From Opitutales bacterium (GTDB lineage Bacteria > Verrucomicrobiota > Verrucomicrobiia > Opitutales > UBA9783), in the NCBI GenBank assembly GCA_046881885.1, contig JBKSMP010000007.1, positions 1 to 32,000 on the forward strand: 32,000 bases of DNA, read 5' to 3'. Under the pieces are notes generated by a model. It was not told the origin of the DNA. It saw only the letters and a list, made by a program, of their open reading frames with translations, and ran no database searches. The position numbers and the translations under genes were made by a program. Shown here piece after piece: positions 1 through 6,590 of this stretch. Position 1 is the first letter of the stretch, and each line of letters begins with the position of its first letter.

Positions 1-52
1 CCCCAGCTGTCAACACTCCCGCTAACAGCCCACTTAGATATTTATTATTCAT
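1..52 (-). CDS. Possible 5' end of an unknown protein (N-terminus MNNKYLSGLLAGVLTAG...), continuing beyond the left window edge
   Basis: ATG at 52..50 opens a minus-strand frame with no stop to position 1. The 17 visible codons are hydrophobic and look signal-peptide- or TM-like. Too short to verify. Confidence 0.25.
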   Translation of the reverse strand, partial: MNNKYLSGLLAGVLTAG

Positions 53-67
53 AATCTTATCTTTCTT

Positions 68-100
68 TTCGGTTAATTTAACGCATTCGGTTAATTTAAC
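68..100. repeat. Tandem direct repeat, 2 x 15 bp (ttcggttaatttaac) with an 18-bp period. Each copy contains the palindrome GTTAA-N-TTAAC.
   Basis: Read directly: 68..82 and 86..100 are identical. The core gttaatttaac is a 5+1+5 inverted repeat. It lies 16-48 nt upstream of the ATG at 52. Confidence 0.85.
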
Positions 101-174
101 TTACCTGCTATTAAACTATAATAACGTCATTTTCTAAAAAACTTTAACACTTTGTCAAAATTTTTTACATTTTT

Positions 175-203
175 ATTATACTACCTCTAAAATTTAATTG
201 CAA
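175..203 (-). promoter_or_regulatory. Sigma70-like promoter candidate TTGCAA-17 nt-TATAAT, reading leftward
   Basis: On the minus strand the -35 TTGCAA is at 203..198 and a perfect -10 TATAAT is at 180..175, with a 17-nt spacer. It sits between the putative terminator of the membrane-protein gene and the next minus-strand start. The AT-rich context raises the chance-match risk. Confidence 0.4.
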
Positions 204-204
204 A

Positions 205-228
205 TTAAAAATAGCTATGCTTGTAGCT
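205..228 (-). terminator. Weak intrinsic-terminator-like hairpin after the membrane-protein gene
   Basis: Minus-strand RNA reads AGCUA-CAAGCA-UAGCU (228..213) followed by AUUUUUAAUUU. It lies 45 nt after the stop at 273. The stem is only 5 bp. Confidence 0.3.
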
Positions 229-272
229 TTACCCCACAATCCTCAAAACCCAAAAACAATCTTCTAACTTAA

Positions 273-1040
273 TTACCGCCTTTTCGCCAATTTAGCTAAA
301 AAAACGCGCTGTTCCTGTAAAGCAATTTCTAGATAAGCCAAAGTACACAATAAATTTGAAAGGGCTAAAATCCATTTTCCGTGGTGGCCGGCAACCAAGG
401 TATACCACAGGGCACAAACACACAAGCACCCTTGCGGAACAACTCGATTGGCATCCATTTTTCGAAACACCAAATAAATAACCCAGCAAATAAGCGGAAA
501 AATCCACAAGCTTTCATCGCCAGCAGCTAGTCCTGCATGAACAAAACCCAAGCAAATCAAAAAAATAGGCTCCAGTAACAAAGCCAAAAACAAAGGCGTC
601 AACGAGTACGACTCTCTTACCTTTTTAAAAATCTTCGTCCAATTTTCTTGGGATTCGAAAACATTTGGACTGAACCGCATAGCCAACAAAACGTTTGCCA
701 AACCGAAGCAAAACGCGCACATAAAACTAATAAAATCTTGTTGGGTCATTGCTACAAAAGCCACACAAAAACAGGCATACCCAATAACTTCTAGCCCCAT
801 AAACGGCTTTTTTCCCATCTCATAAACAAGTTTTAGAAAAAAAGAATGCGGCCGTTCCAAGGTTTTGCCATAAACTTTAGCAAAAACAATAAAACCAAAC
901 GCCAAAATAACAATTATAAAAGATACAAAACTTTTATTCAAAAACAATAAAGCGTTCGCCAAGGCAAATAAAAAACCGGGATCCCGCAAAAGGGATGTTT
1001 TTTTCCAAATCATACTTTTAGTATAAATCTCACGAAACAA
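273..1040 (-). CDS. Hypothetical multipass integral membrane protein (about 7-8 hydrophobic segments, Cys-rich); family not recognised
   Basis: 255-codon ORF with repeated 15-25 residue hydrophobic stretches. The track start at 1040 is TTG; an ATG (MIWKK...) at 1013 is an alternative. No clear SD precedes either. Confidence 0.6.
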   Translation of the reverse strand: MFREIYTKSMIWKKTSLLRDPGFLFALANALLFLNKSFVSFIIVILAFGFIVFAKVYGKTLERPHSFFLKLVYEMGKKPFMGLEVIGYACFCVAFVAMTQQDFISFMCAFCFGLANVLLAMRFSPNVFESQENWTKIFKKVRESYSLTPLFLALLLEPIFLICLGFVHAGLAAGDESLWIFPLICWVIYLVFRKMDANRVVPQGCLCVCALWYTLVAGHHGKWILALSNLLCTLAYLEIALQEQRVFLAKLAKRR

Positions 1041-1088
1041 ATTGCAAGCTATTTGCTAAAATGAACACAAAAACAAGCTAAAGCGAAA

Positions 1089-1164
1089 TGGCGGGGAAAA
1101 CGGGAGTCGAACCCATGACCTTCGGTTTAGAAGACCGCTGCTCTATCCACTGAGCTACTTCCCC
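1089..1164 (-). tRNA. tRNA-Arg (anticodon TCT)
   Basis: The reverse complement folds as a cloverleaf: acceptor GGGGAAG/TTTCCCC, D arm GCTC-AGTGGATA-GAGC, anticodon loop CT-TCT-AA, T arm ATGGG-TTCGACT-CCCGT, discriminator G, encoded CCA. There is one G-A mismatch at the top of the anticodon stem. Confidence 0.9.
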
Positions 1165-1167
1165 AAA

Positions 1168-1243
<76 letters not shown>

Positions 1244-1257
1244 AAAATAACAAAATT

Positions 1258-1287
1258 ATTATGCAAAACTCGGTGCAAAAAAGTCAA
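1258..1287 (-). promoter_or_regulatory. Sigma70-like promoter candidate for the tRNA-CAT/tRNA-Arg pair (TTGACT-18 nt-CATAAT, with a TG two nt upstream of the -10)
   Basis: Minus strand: -35 TTGACT at 1287..1282 and -10 CATAAT at 1263..1258. The tRNA 5' end (1243) lies 15 nt downstream of the -10. Confidence 0.45.
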
Positions 1288-1325
1288 GCGCAATCCTTGT
1301 AAAATTAATAAAACCGAGAAATATA

Positions 1326-1688
1326 TTAAGCAAAAAGCTCTTCAATCGACACCTGATCAAAGCCTCTAAAGGACTCAGAACCATTCTTTTTAAACACATT
1401 AAAAGCAACCAAGCGCTCCACAATAATCGCCAAATCCTGACAGGAATGAACCCCCCAATACTTCAAAACTTCAACCGCCAGATCCCCCCATTGCTGACGC
1501 GCTAATTTAACAACACCCTCTTTTAGCAATTGCTCACCCGTCACATGCTGACCAGCTTCTAAACCCAAACCTTGACAAGCCGCATCGAGCGCTAAATACA
1601 CAAAACCATATACATTAGGTAAATATTCCGGATACTGACGTTTTAATTCGCTTACGATTTTCAAAAAACGATCCGACAACTTCCTCAT
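1326..1688 (-). CDS. Conserved hypothetical protein, ~120 aa; resembles the Minf_1886/TIGR04138 family seen in Planctomycetes, Verrucomicrobia and relatives (recognised from memory)
   Basis: ORF pattern YPEY..VYGFVYLALDAA....HVTGEQLL...V.LA.QQWG.LA.EVLKYWGV....DLAIIVERLV....F.K...ES...F matches my recollection of that family. The ATG at 1688 is preferred over the track TTG at 1694, which would sit 2 nt from the tRNA-Asn CCA end. Confidence 0.55.
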   Translation of the reverse strand: MRKLSDRFLKIVSELKRQYPEYLPNVYGFVYLALDAACQGLGLEAGQHVTGEQLLKEGVVKLARQQWGDLAVEVLKYWGVHSCQDLAIIVERLVAFNVFKKNGSESFRGFDQVSIEELFA

Positions 1689-1696
1689 AAGCAAAA

Positions 1697-1772
<76 letters not shown>

Positions 1773-1782
1773 CTCTAATTAA

Positions 1783-1811
1783 ATAATCAAAACTTCAACT
1801 CTCTTTGTCAA
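1783..1811 (-). promoter_or_regulatory. Sigma70-like promoter candidate upstream of tRNA-Asn (TTGACA-17 nt-GATTAT)
   Basis: Minus strand: -35 TTGACA at 1811..1806 (2 nt after the stop of the upstream CDS) and -10 GATTAT at 1788..1783. The tRNA 5' end is at 1771. Confidence 0.35.
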
Positions 1812-1813
1812 TT

Positions 1814-2647
1814 CTAAATTTTCAATTTTTCAAAATCTGTCTTTTTATAAAAATCCAACAAAAACGCCATTTTGTGCTTCAATAAAACTTCTGGAGGCAA
1901 AGATGCGGATAATTCAAAACAACTTTCCCAGTCCTGCCATAAGGATTCCGCCTCCAATGATGTCTCTAGCGGTACCGTATTTTGACAATCCCAAAGCAAA
2001 ACCCGATTATGTAATTGAAACGATCGCAAACTTTCCAAAGCCGGCTTTAAGGTTTCAAAAAAGAACTGCGATGATTTTTCTAAAACCACCCGACCAGTCG
2101 ATTCACAGCGCTCCGAAATCCACCGATCTGAAAGTGTTTTTGAAACAGCTAAACATTGATAATCACACAAATAATTGTAATGCTGTAAACACCGATGAAC
2201 AAAGGCTTCATAAGTAGGCGAAAGCAAAGTAACTTCAAACAAAATAGGCAAACGCAATTGCACCAATTTTTCAAAAACAAGCGTCAAAAGCGTTAAGGCA
2301 AATGCATTCGTCTTTTCGCGTAACAAAGCCTCACCGTACGTTTTTCGAATGTTTTCCAAATTAGGATGATACTTCACAAAATCTCGGACAGCTAATCGAA
2401 CATAAGGCACCTTACAAGCATCCAAAGCACCACATACCGCAGGCAATAATTGCGAAGTTTTACCCGAACCTGATTGCCCTACCAAACGTACACAAAAAGG
2501 TAGCGAACCTTTTTTGCCTTCAAGTTTATCTTGAAGAGCTTGATCCACTACCTCATTCCATGCTTTTAACGAAAAATCTACTGAACAATAAAGATCATTA
2601 CACCCCCATTGTTCCTGAATAAAAGTTAAAACATCCGCATAATGCAT
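1814..2647 (-). CDS. Zeta-toxin-family P-loop kinase homologue (PF06414-like)
   Basis: Walker A VGQSGSGKTS is preceded by ..LEGKKG..P. It is followed by VRDFVKYHPNLENIRKTY (compare the zeta/PezT D-x-F-K..HPNF..L.K.Y segment that carries the catalytic Asp), LFEVT (compare the IEGT Glu motif) and CLAVSKTLS..ERCE. Length is ~277 aa, like zeta. The ATG at 2647 with AAAGG 7 nt upstream is preferred over the track TTG at 2665. Confidence 0.6.
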   Translation of the reverse strand: MHYADVLTFIQEQWGCNDLYCSVDFSLKAWNEVVDQALQDKLEGKKGSLPFCVRLVGQSGSGKTSQLLPAVCGALDACKVPYVRLAVRDFVKYHPNLENIRKTYGEALLREKTNAFALTLLTLVFEKLVQLRLPILFEVTLLSPTYEAFVHRCLQHYNYLCDYQCLAVSKTLSDRWISERCESTGRVVLEKSSQFFFETLKPALESLRSFQLHNRVLLWDCQNTVPLETSLEAESLWQDWESCFELSASLPPEVLLKHKMAFLLDFYKKTDFEKLKI

Positions 2648-2671
2648 CGTATAACCTTTATTCAAAAAAAT

Positions 2672-3202
2672 TTATTTATCGTCTGTTTTTTCTGTTTTCT
2701 CAGCTGAAACTTCTACCGCTTCTTCTTGAGTAGCTACTTCTACTGGAGCTTCTTCAACCTTCTTGGCGATTTCAGTCTTAGCTTTTTTAGATGTTTTCTT
2801 AGAAGAACGACGCTTTTCAGCAGGTGCTTCTACAAACTCAATCAAAGCCATAGGTGCAGCATCGCCCACACGAGATAACAACTTATAAATGCGAGTATAC
2901 CCACCATTACGATTTAAAAATTGTTGTACTGTTTCATCAAACAATTTTTTAACAGCAGCTTCATTACGAATACGAGCAATTGCTAAACGACGAAAATGCA
3001 ATTTAAGCTCTGGTTTTTCAGCTAAAGCTGCACTTTTTGCCAAGGTTATAACTTTCTCAGCAAAAGGTCTTAAAGCCTTAGCTTTAGCTACTGTAGTTTT
3101 AATTTTTCCATGCAAAAACAACTGCGAAGCCAAATTAGCCATCAAAGAACGACGATGTGCTTGCTTAACTCCTAATTGAAAGTGATGTTTTCCGTGACGC
3201 AT
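2672..3202 (-). CDS. rplQ: 50S ribosomal protein L17, with a ~50-aa Lys/Glu/Ala-rich C-terminal tail
   Basis: Canonical L17 start MRHGKHHFQLGVKQAHRRSLMANLA and core ..GGYTRI.KL..R.GD.A.MALIEFV. Follows rpoA. SD AAGAGG upstream. Confidence 0.95.
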   Translation of the reverse strand: MRHGKHHFQLGVKQAHRRSLMANLASQLFLHGKIKTTVAKAKALRPFAEKVITLAKSAALAEKPELKLHFRRLAIARIRNEAAVKKLFDETVQQFLNRNGGYTRIYKLLSRVGDAAPMALIEFVEAPAEKRRSSKKTSKKAKTEIAKKVEEAPVEVATQEEAVEVSAEKTEKTDDK

Positions 3203-3215
3203 AATTATTTACCTC

Positions 3216-4220
3216 TTAAAGAATCGTTGAAGTTGTATCCAATAAACGCTCGTCGATCTTCATTCCCAAAGACAAACCTAATTGTTCCAACTTCGCCTTA
3301 ATTTCATTCAATGACTTTTTACCAAAATTGCGGTATTTCAACATTTCAGCCTCTGTCTTACGCGCAAGTTCGCCAACTGTTAAAATATTTGCATTATTCA
3401 AACAATTTGCTGCACGTACCGAAAGCTCAATCTCATTAACGCTCATGTTCAACAACTTGCGCAAACGATTTTGTTCTTCACCCGCTTCACGCTTCTTATC
3501 TTCAAATTCGATAGCTTCAGAAGTAAACCGATCAAACAAGTCTAAATGATGCATTAAAATTACGGTTGCTTCTTTCAAAGCATCTTCTGGAGTAATTCTT
3601 CCATCAGTTGTAACCTCCAAAAACAACTTGTCAAAATCGGTCATTTTACCAACACGCGTGCTTTCAACTGCGTATTTTACGGCAACAACAGGACTGAACA
3701 AACTATCGATCGGAATAACACCCAAAACTTGATTTTCAGTTTTATTATCTTCCGCTAAACGATAACCACGCCCAACAACGACCTTCAATTCTGCTTGGAA
3801 GCGTTGCTCGCGAGTTAAAGTACAAATTACTTGATTAGGGTTAACAATCGTTACATCTGCATTGGGCTCAATATCGCCAGCAACGACTTGCCCCAACTTG
3901 GTAACATCGATACGCAAAGTAACGGGCTCGCGACTTGAAGTTTTCAAAAGAACCTTCTTTAAATTCAAGACGATTTCAGTTACATCTTCCAAAATGCCAT
4001 CACAGCTTTGAAATTCGTGACTGACCCCCTCTATTTTAACAGAAGCTATTGCAGCACCTTCTATTGAACTCAATAAAACTCGACGCAAAGCATTTCCAAT
4101 TGTATGCCCAAAACCCTTTTCAAAAGGATCTGCAACGAAACATGCAAACGTAGGCGTTGCGGTTTCCTCGACACGCACCAACCTATTGGGTAATTCAAAC
4201 TTTCCTAATCGCTTAGCCAT
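3216..4220 (-). CDS. rpoA: DNA-directed RNA polymerase subunit alpha
   Basis: 334 aa. NTD motif GHTIGNALRRVLLSSIEGAA and CTD helix-hairpin-helix segment ELSVRAANCLNNANILTVGELA. Alpha-operon position. Confidence 0.97.
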   Translation of the reverse strand: MAKRLGKFELPNRLVRVEETATPTFACFVADPFEKGFGHTIGNALRRVLLSSIEGAAIASVKIEGVSHEFQSCDGILEDVTEIVLNLKKVLLKTSSREPVTLRIDVTKLGQVVAGDIEPNADVTIVNPNQVICTLTREQRFQAELKVVVGRGYRLAEDNKTENQVLGVIPIDSLFSPVVAVKYAVESTRVGKMTDFDKLFLEVTTDGRITPEDALKEATVILMHHLDLFDRFTSEAIEFEDKKREAGEEQNRLRKLLNMSVNEIELSVRAANCLNNANILTVGELARKTEAEMLKYRNFGKKSLNEIKAKLEQLGLSLGMKIDERLLDTTSTIL

Positions 4221-4234
4221 GAAAAATCCAAAAA

Positions 4235-4840
4235 TTAACGACTATAATATTCAACAATCAACTGTTCATCGATGCCTGTAACCATTTCTTCGCGAATAGG
4301 CAACCGATCCACCGTTCCCTTCAAATTATCTTCATCCAAGCTCAACCAAGATGGACAGTTACGTCCCTGACTTGCATGCAAGCTACGAAGAGCAATCTGA
4401 CGCGAAGACGTTTTCTCGCCAATCGTAATAACATCACCTGCTTGGCAGGAATAACTTGGGATATTTACGCGATGACCATTAACGTAAGCATGTCCGTGAT
4501 TAATTAACTGACGAGCAGCCCGACGTGTTTTTCCAAATCCTAATAAATAAACAATATTATCTAAACGGCATTCTAAAAGACGCAAAAAGACTTCACCTGT
4601 AACACCCTTCATCTTCTTAGCCTTTTCAAAGGTCAAGCGAAATTGTGCCTCAGACAAACCAAACATAAAACGCAACTTCTGCTTCTCATTTAACCCTAAC
4701 GAATAATCACTAACACGTCGTTTCAAATGAGCTCCATGAATACCTGGCAAATAAGGCTTTCTCTCATAAGCTTTATTGATGGGGAAAATTTCCATCTTAA
4801 AGCGACGATTAATTCGTGTTGTTGGTCCTGTATAACGCAT
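4235..4840 (-). CDS. rpsD: 30S ribosomal protein S4
   Basis: MRYTGPTTRINRRF start and S4 RNA-binding domain RLDNIVYLLGFGKTRRAARQLINHGH. Sits between rpsK and rpoA. Confidence 0.96.
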   Translation of the reverse strand: MRYTGPTTRINRRFKMEIFPINKAYERKPYLPGIHGAHLKRRVSDYSLGLNEKQKLRFMFGLSEAQFRLTFEKAKKMKGVTGEVFLRLLECRLDNIVYLLGFGKTRRAARQLINHGHAYVNGHRVNIPSYSCQAGDVITIGEKTSSRQIALRSLHASQGRNCPSWLSLDEDNLKGTVDRLPIREEMVTGIDEQLIVEYYSR

Positions 4841-4863
4841 ACTAAAACTCCAAACTTTACTAA

Positions 4864-5385
4864 TTAAACTCTTCTACGCTTCGGTGGACGACAACCATTG
4901 TGTGGCACCGGAGTCACATCTTTAATAACTGAAACAGACAAACCTAAGGTTTGCAAGGTACGAATAGCCGCATCGCGTCCCATTCCTGGTCCTTTAACTT
5001 CAACTGCAACTTCGCGCAAACCATGTCCCATAGCAACCTTAGCAGCTTCCGTTGTTACAACTTGAGCGGCATAAGCTGTCGATTTACGGGAACCTTTAAA
5101 ATTACAACGTCCCGAACTTGACCATGAAAGCACATTTCCTTTAGGATCCGAAAACACAACCTTCGTATTATTAAACGTAGCTAAAATATGACAAACGCCC
5201 ACTGTAACATTCTTACTTCCTTTGGCACGCTTGATCTTCAAACCACCTTCTAGACCTTCTTGCGCCAACAAAGATTCCGCAGTCTCTTTCTCAACTGCAA
5301 CATTTGCTTTTTCAGCAACCTGCTCTACAGCACCTTCAGCCGCATTCAATTCTTCTTTTTTCAAATCTTCAACCATAACAATCAC
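4864..5385 (-). CDS. rpsK: 30S ribosomal protein S11, with an apparent ~45-aa acidic N-terminal extension
   Basis: S11 core [30 protein letters not shown]...RKSTAYAAQ...[18 protein letters not shown]. The frame stays open upstream to GTG 5385 / ATG 5376, right after the rpsM stop. An internal TTG at 5241 would give a canonical-length protein, so the start is uncertain. Confidence 0.9.
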   Translation of the reverse strand: MIVMVEDLKKEELNAAEGAVEQVAEKANVAVEKETAESLLAQEGLEGGLKIKRAKGSKNVTVGVCHILATFNNTKVVFSDPKGNVLSWSSSGRCNFKGSRKSTAYAAQVVTTEAAKVAMGHGLREVAVEVKGPGMGRDAAIRTLQTLGLSVSVIKDVTPVPHNGCRPPKRRRV

Positions 5386-5388
5386 TTA

Positions 5389-5766
5389 TTATTTTTTATT
5401 GCTTACAACACCTACGGTCTTTCGAGCACCTTTACGTGTACGTGCATTTGTGCTGGTACGTTGCCCACGAACCGGCAAACCTCTCAAATGCCGCAAACCA
5501 CGATAACAACGAATCGCTTGCAAACGTTTGATATTGCTAATTATCTCGCGACGCAAATCACCTTCAATTTTGTAACCCGCGCGCGTAATCGCTTCCGTAA
5601 TCTTACTCAGCTCCTCCTCATTCAAGTCACGCGCACGCTTATCGGGATCCAAACCTGTCGTTTGAACAATTTCCATCGCACGCGTTAAACCAATGCCGTA
5701 AATATACCGCAATGAATAAGCCAATTTTTTATTTCCAGGTATTTCAACTCCAAGTAAACGTGGCAT
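5389..5766 (-). CDS. rpsM: 30S ribosomal protein S13
   Basis: [26 protein letters not shown] start and C-terminal [13 protein letters not shown]. First gene of the alpha block. Confidence 0.96.
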   Translation of the reverse strand: MPRLLGVEIPGNKKLAYSLRYIYGIGLTRAMEIVQTTGLDPDKRARDLNEEELSKITEAITRAGYKIEGDLRREIISNIKRLQAIRCYRGLRHLRGLPVRGQRTSTNARTRKGARKTVGVVSNKK

Positions 5767-5807
5767 AATTTTTTCTTCTTTTTCTACTTATGATTAATCA
5801 AATTGAG

Positions 5808-6581
5808 TTATTTTTTTACAATTGTCAATATTTCTGGTAAATCTTTTGTAATTAAAATGGTGTGTTCGAAGTGAGCACTGTAACGTCCATCACGCGTAAC
5901 AACCGTCCAACCGTCATCTAAGGTGCGTAAAACAGGCAAACCTAAAGTAAACATAGGTTCAATGGCAATCGTCATTCCAGCCTTCAAAACAGGCCCCTTA
6001 TGGGCACAACCGACATTTGGAACTTGCGGTTCTTCATGCATAGAACGACCCACACCATGGCCCACCAATTCACGCACAACCCCCAAACGATGTTTTTCAC
6101 CGTGCGACTGAATCGCCCAAGAAATATCCCCTACGCGATTCCCTTCAACCGCCTGTTCAATTCCCTTATATAAAGCTTCTTCTGTAACTTTTAACAAATT
6201 CTCCACTGGCTTTTCTAAACTACCAACACCAAGCGTTGCTGTATTATCGCCAACAAAACCTTTATAACTTAAGGCAACATCCAAACTTACAACATCGCCC
6301 TCTTTTAAAACGACGTTTTTTCTCCCAATGCCATGAACTACTTGCTCATTAATAGAAATACAAATATGGCTTGGAAAGGGATTTTCTGGACCTCCATAGC
6401 CAAAAGCAGCACTTTTTGCACCCAATTTATCCATTGCTTGCTTAGCCAATTGATCTAAATCCCAAGTACTAATTCCAGGTGCAACATGAGCTTTTACAAG
6501 GTCTAAAACTTCAGCGGCACAACGACCTGCATCGCGCATCCGCTCAATTTCATCCCCTGTTTTTATAATAATAGCACTCAC
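5808..6581 (-). CDS. map: Methionine aminopeptidase, type I
   Basis: 257 aa with the pita-bread metal-ligand pattern (..GDVVSLDV.. GFVGDNT .. GHGVGRSMHE .. IAIEPM .. FEHT..). Follows secY. Confidence 0.93.
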   Translation of the reverse strand: MSAIIIKTGDEIERMRDAGRCAAEVLDLVKAHVAPGISTWDLDQLAKQAMDKLGAKSAAFGYGGPENPFPSHICISINEQVVHGIGRKNVVLKEGDVVSLDVALSYKGFVGDNTATLGVGSLEKPVENLLKVTEEALYKGIEQAVEGNRVGDISWAIQSHGEKHRLGVVRELVGHGVGRSMHEEPQVPNVGCAHKGPVLKAGMTIAIEPMFTLGLPVLRTLDDGWTVVTRDGRYSAHFEHTILITKDLPEILTIVKK

Positions 6582-6590
6582 AACAATCCT

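Noticed and set aside
152-179. Plus-strand promoter-like TTGTCA-16-TATTAT
   Set aside because: No plus-strand gene lies downstream, so it would only drive antisense transcription of the membrane-protein gene. The match sits in very AT-rich DNA and overlaps the better minus-strand TATAAT, so it is likely chance.
1270-1317. Inverted repeat CTCGGT...ACCGAG (~36-nt loop) in the spacer after the 120-aa ORF as a terminator
   Set aside because: The stem is 6 bp with a very large loop that contains the -35 box. It is not followed by a proper U-tract, so the evidence is insufficient.
5791-5800. Perfect 10-bp palindrome TGATTAATCA in the map-rpsM spacer
   Set aside because: It cannot form an RNA hairpin because the loop would be too small. 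A single AT-rich occurrence has a high chance expectation, and no partner site is present.
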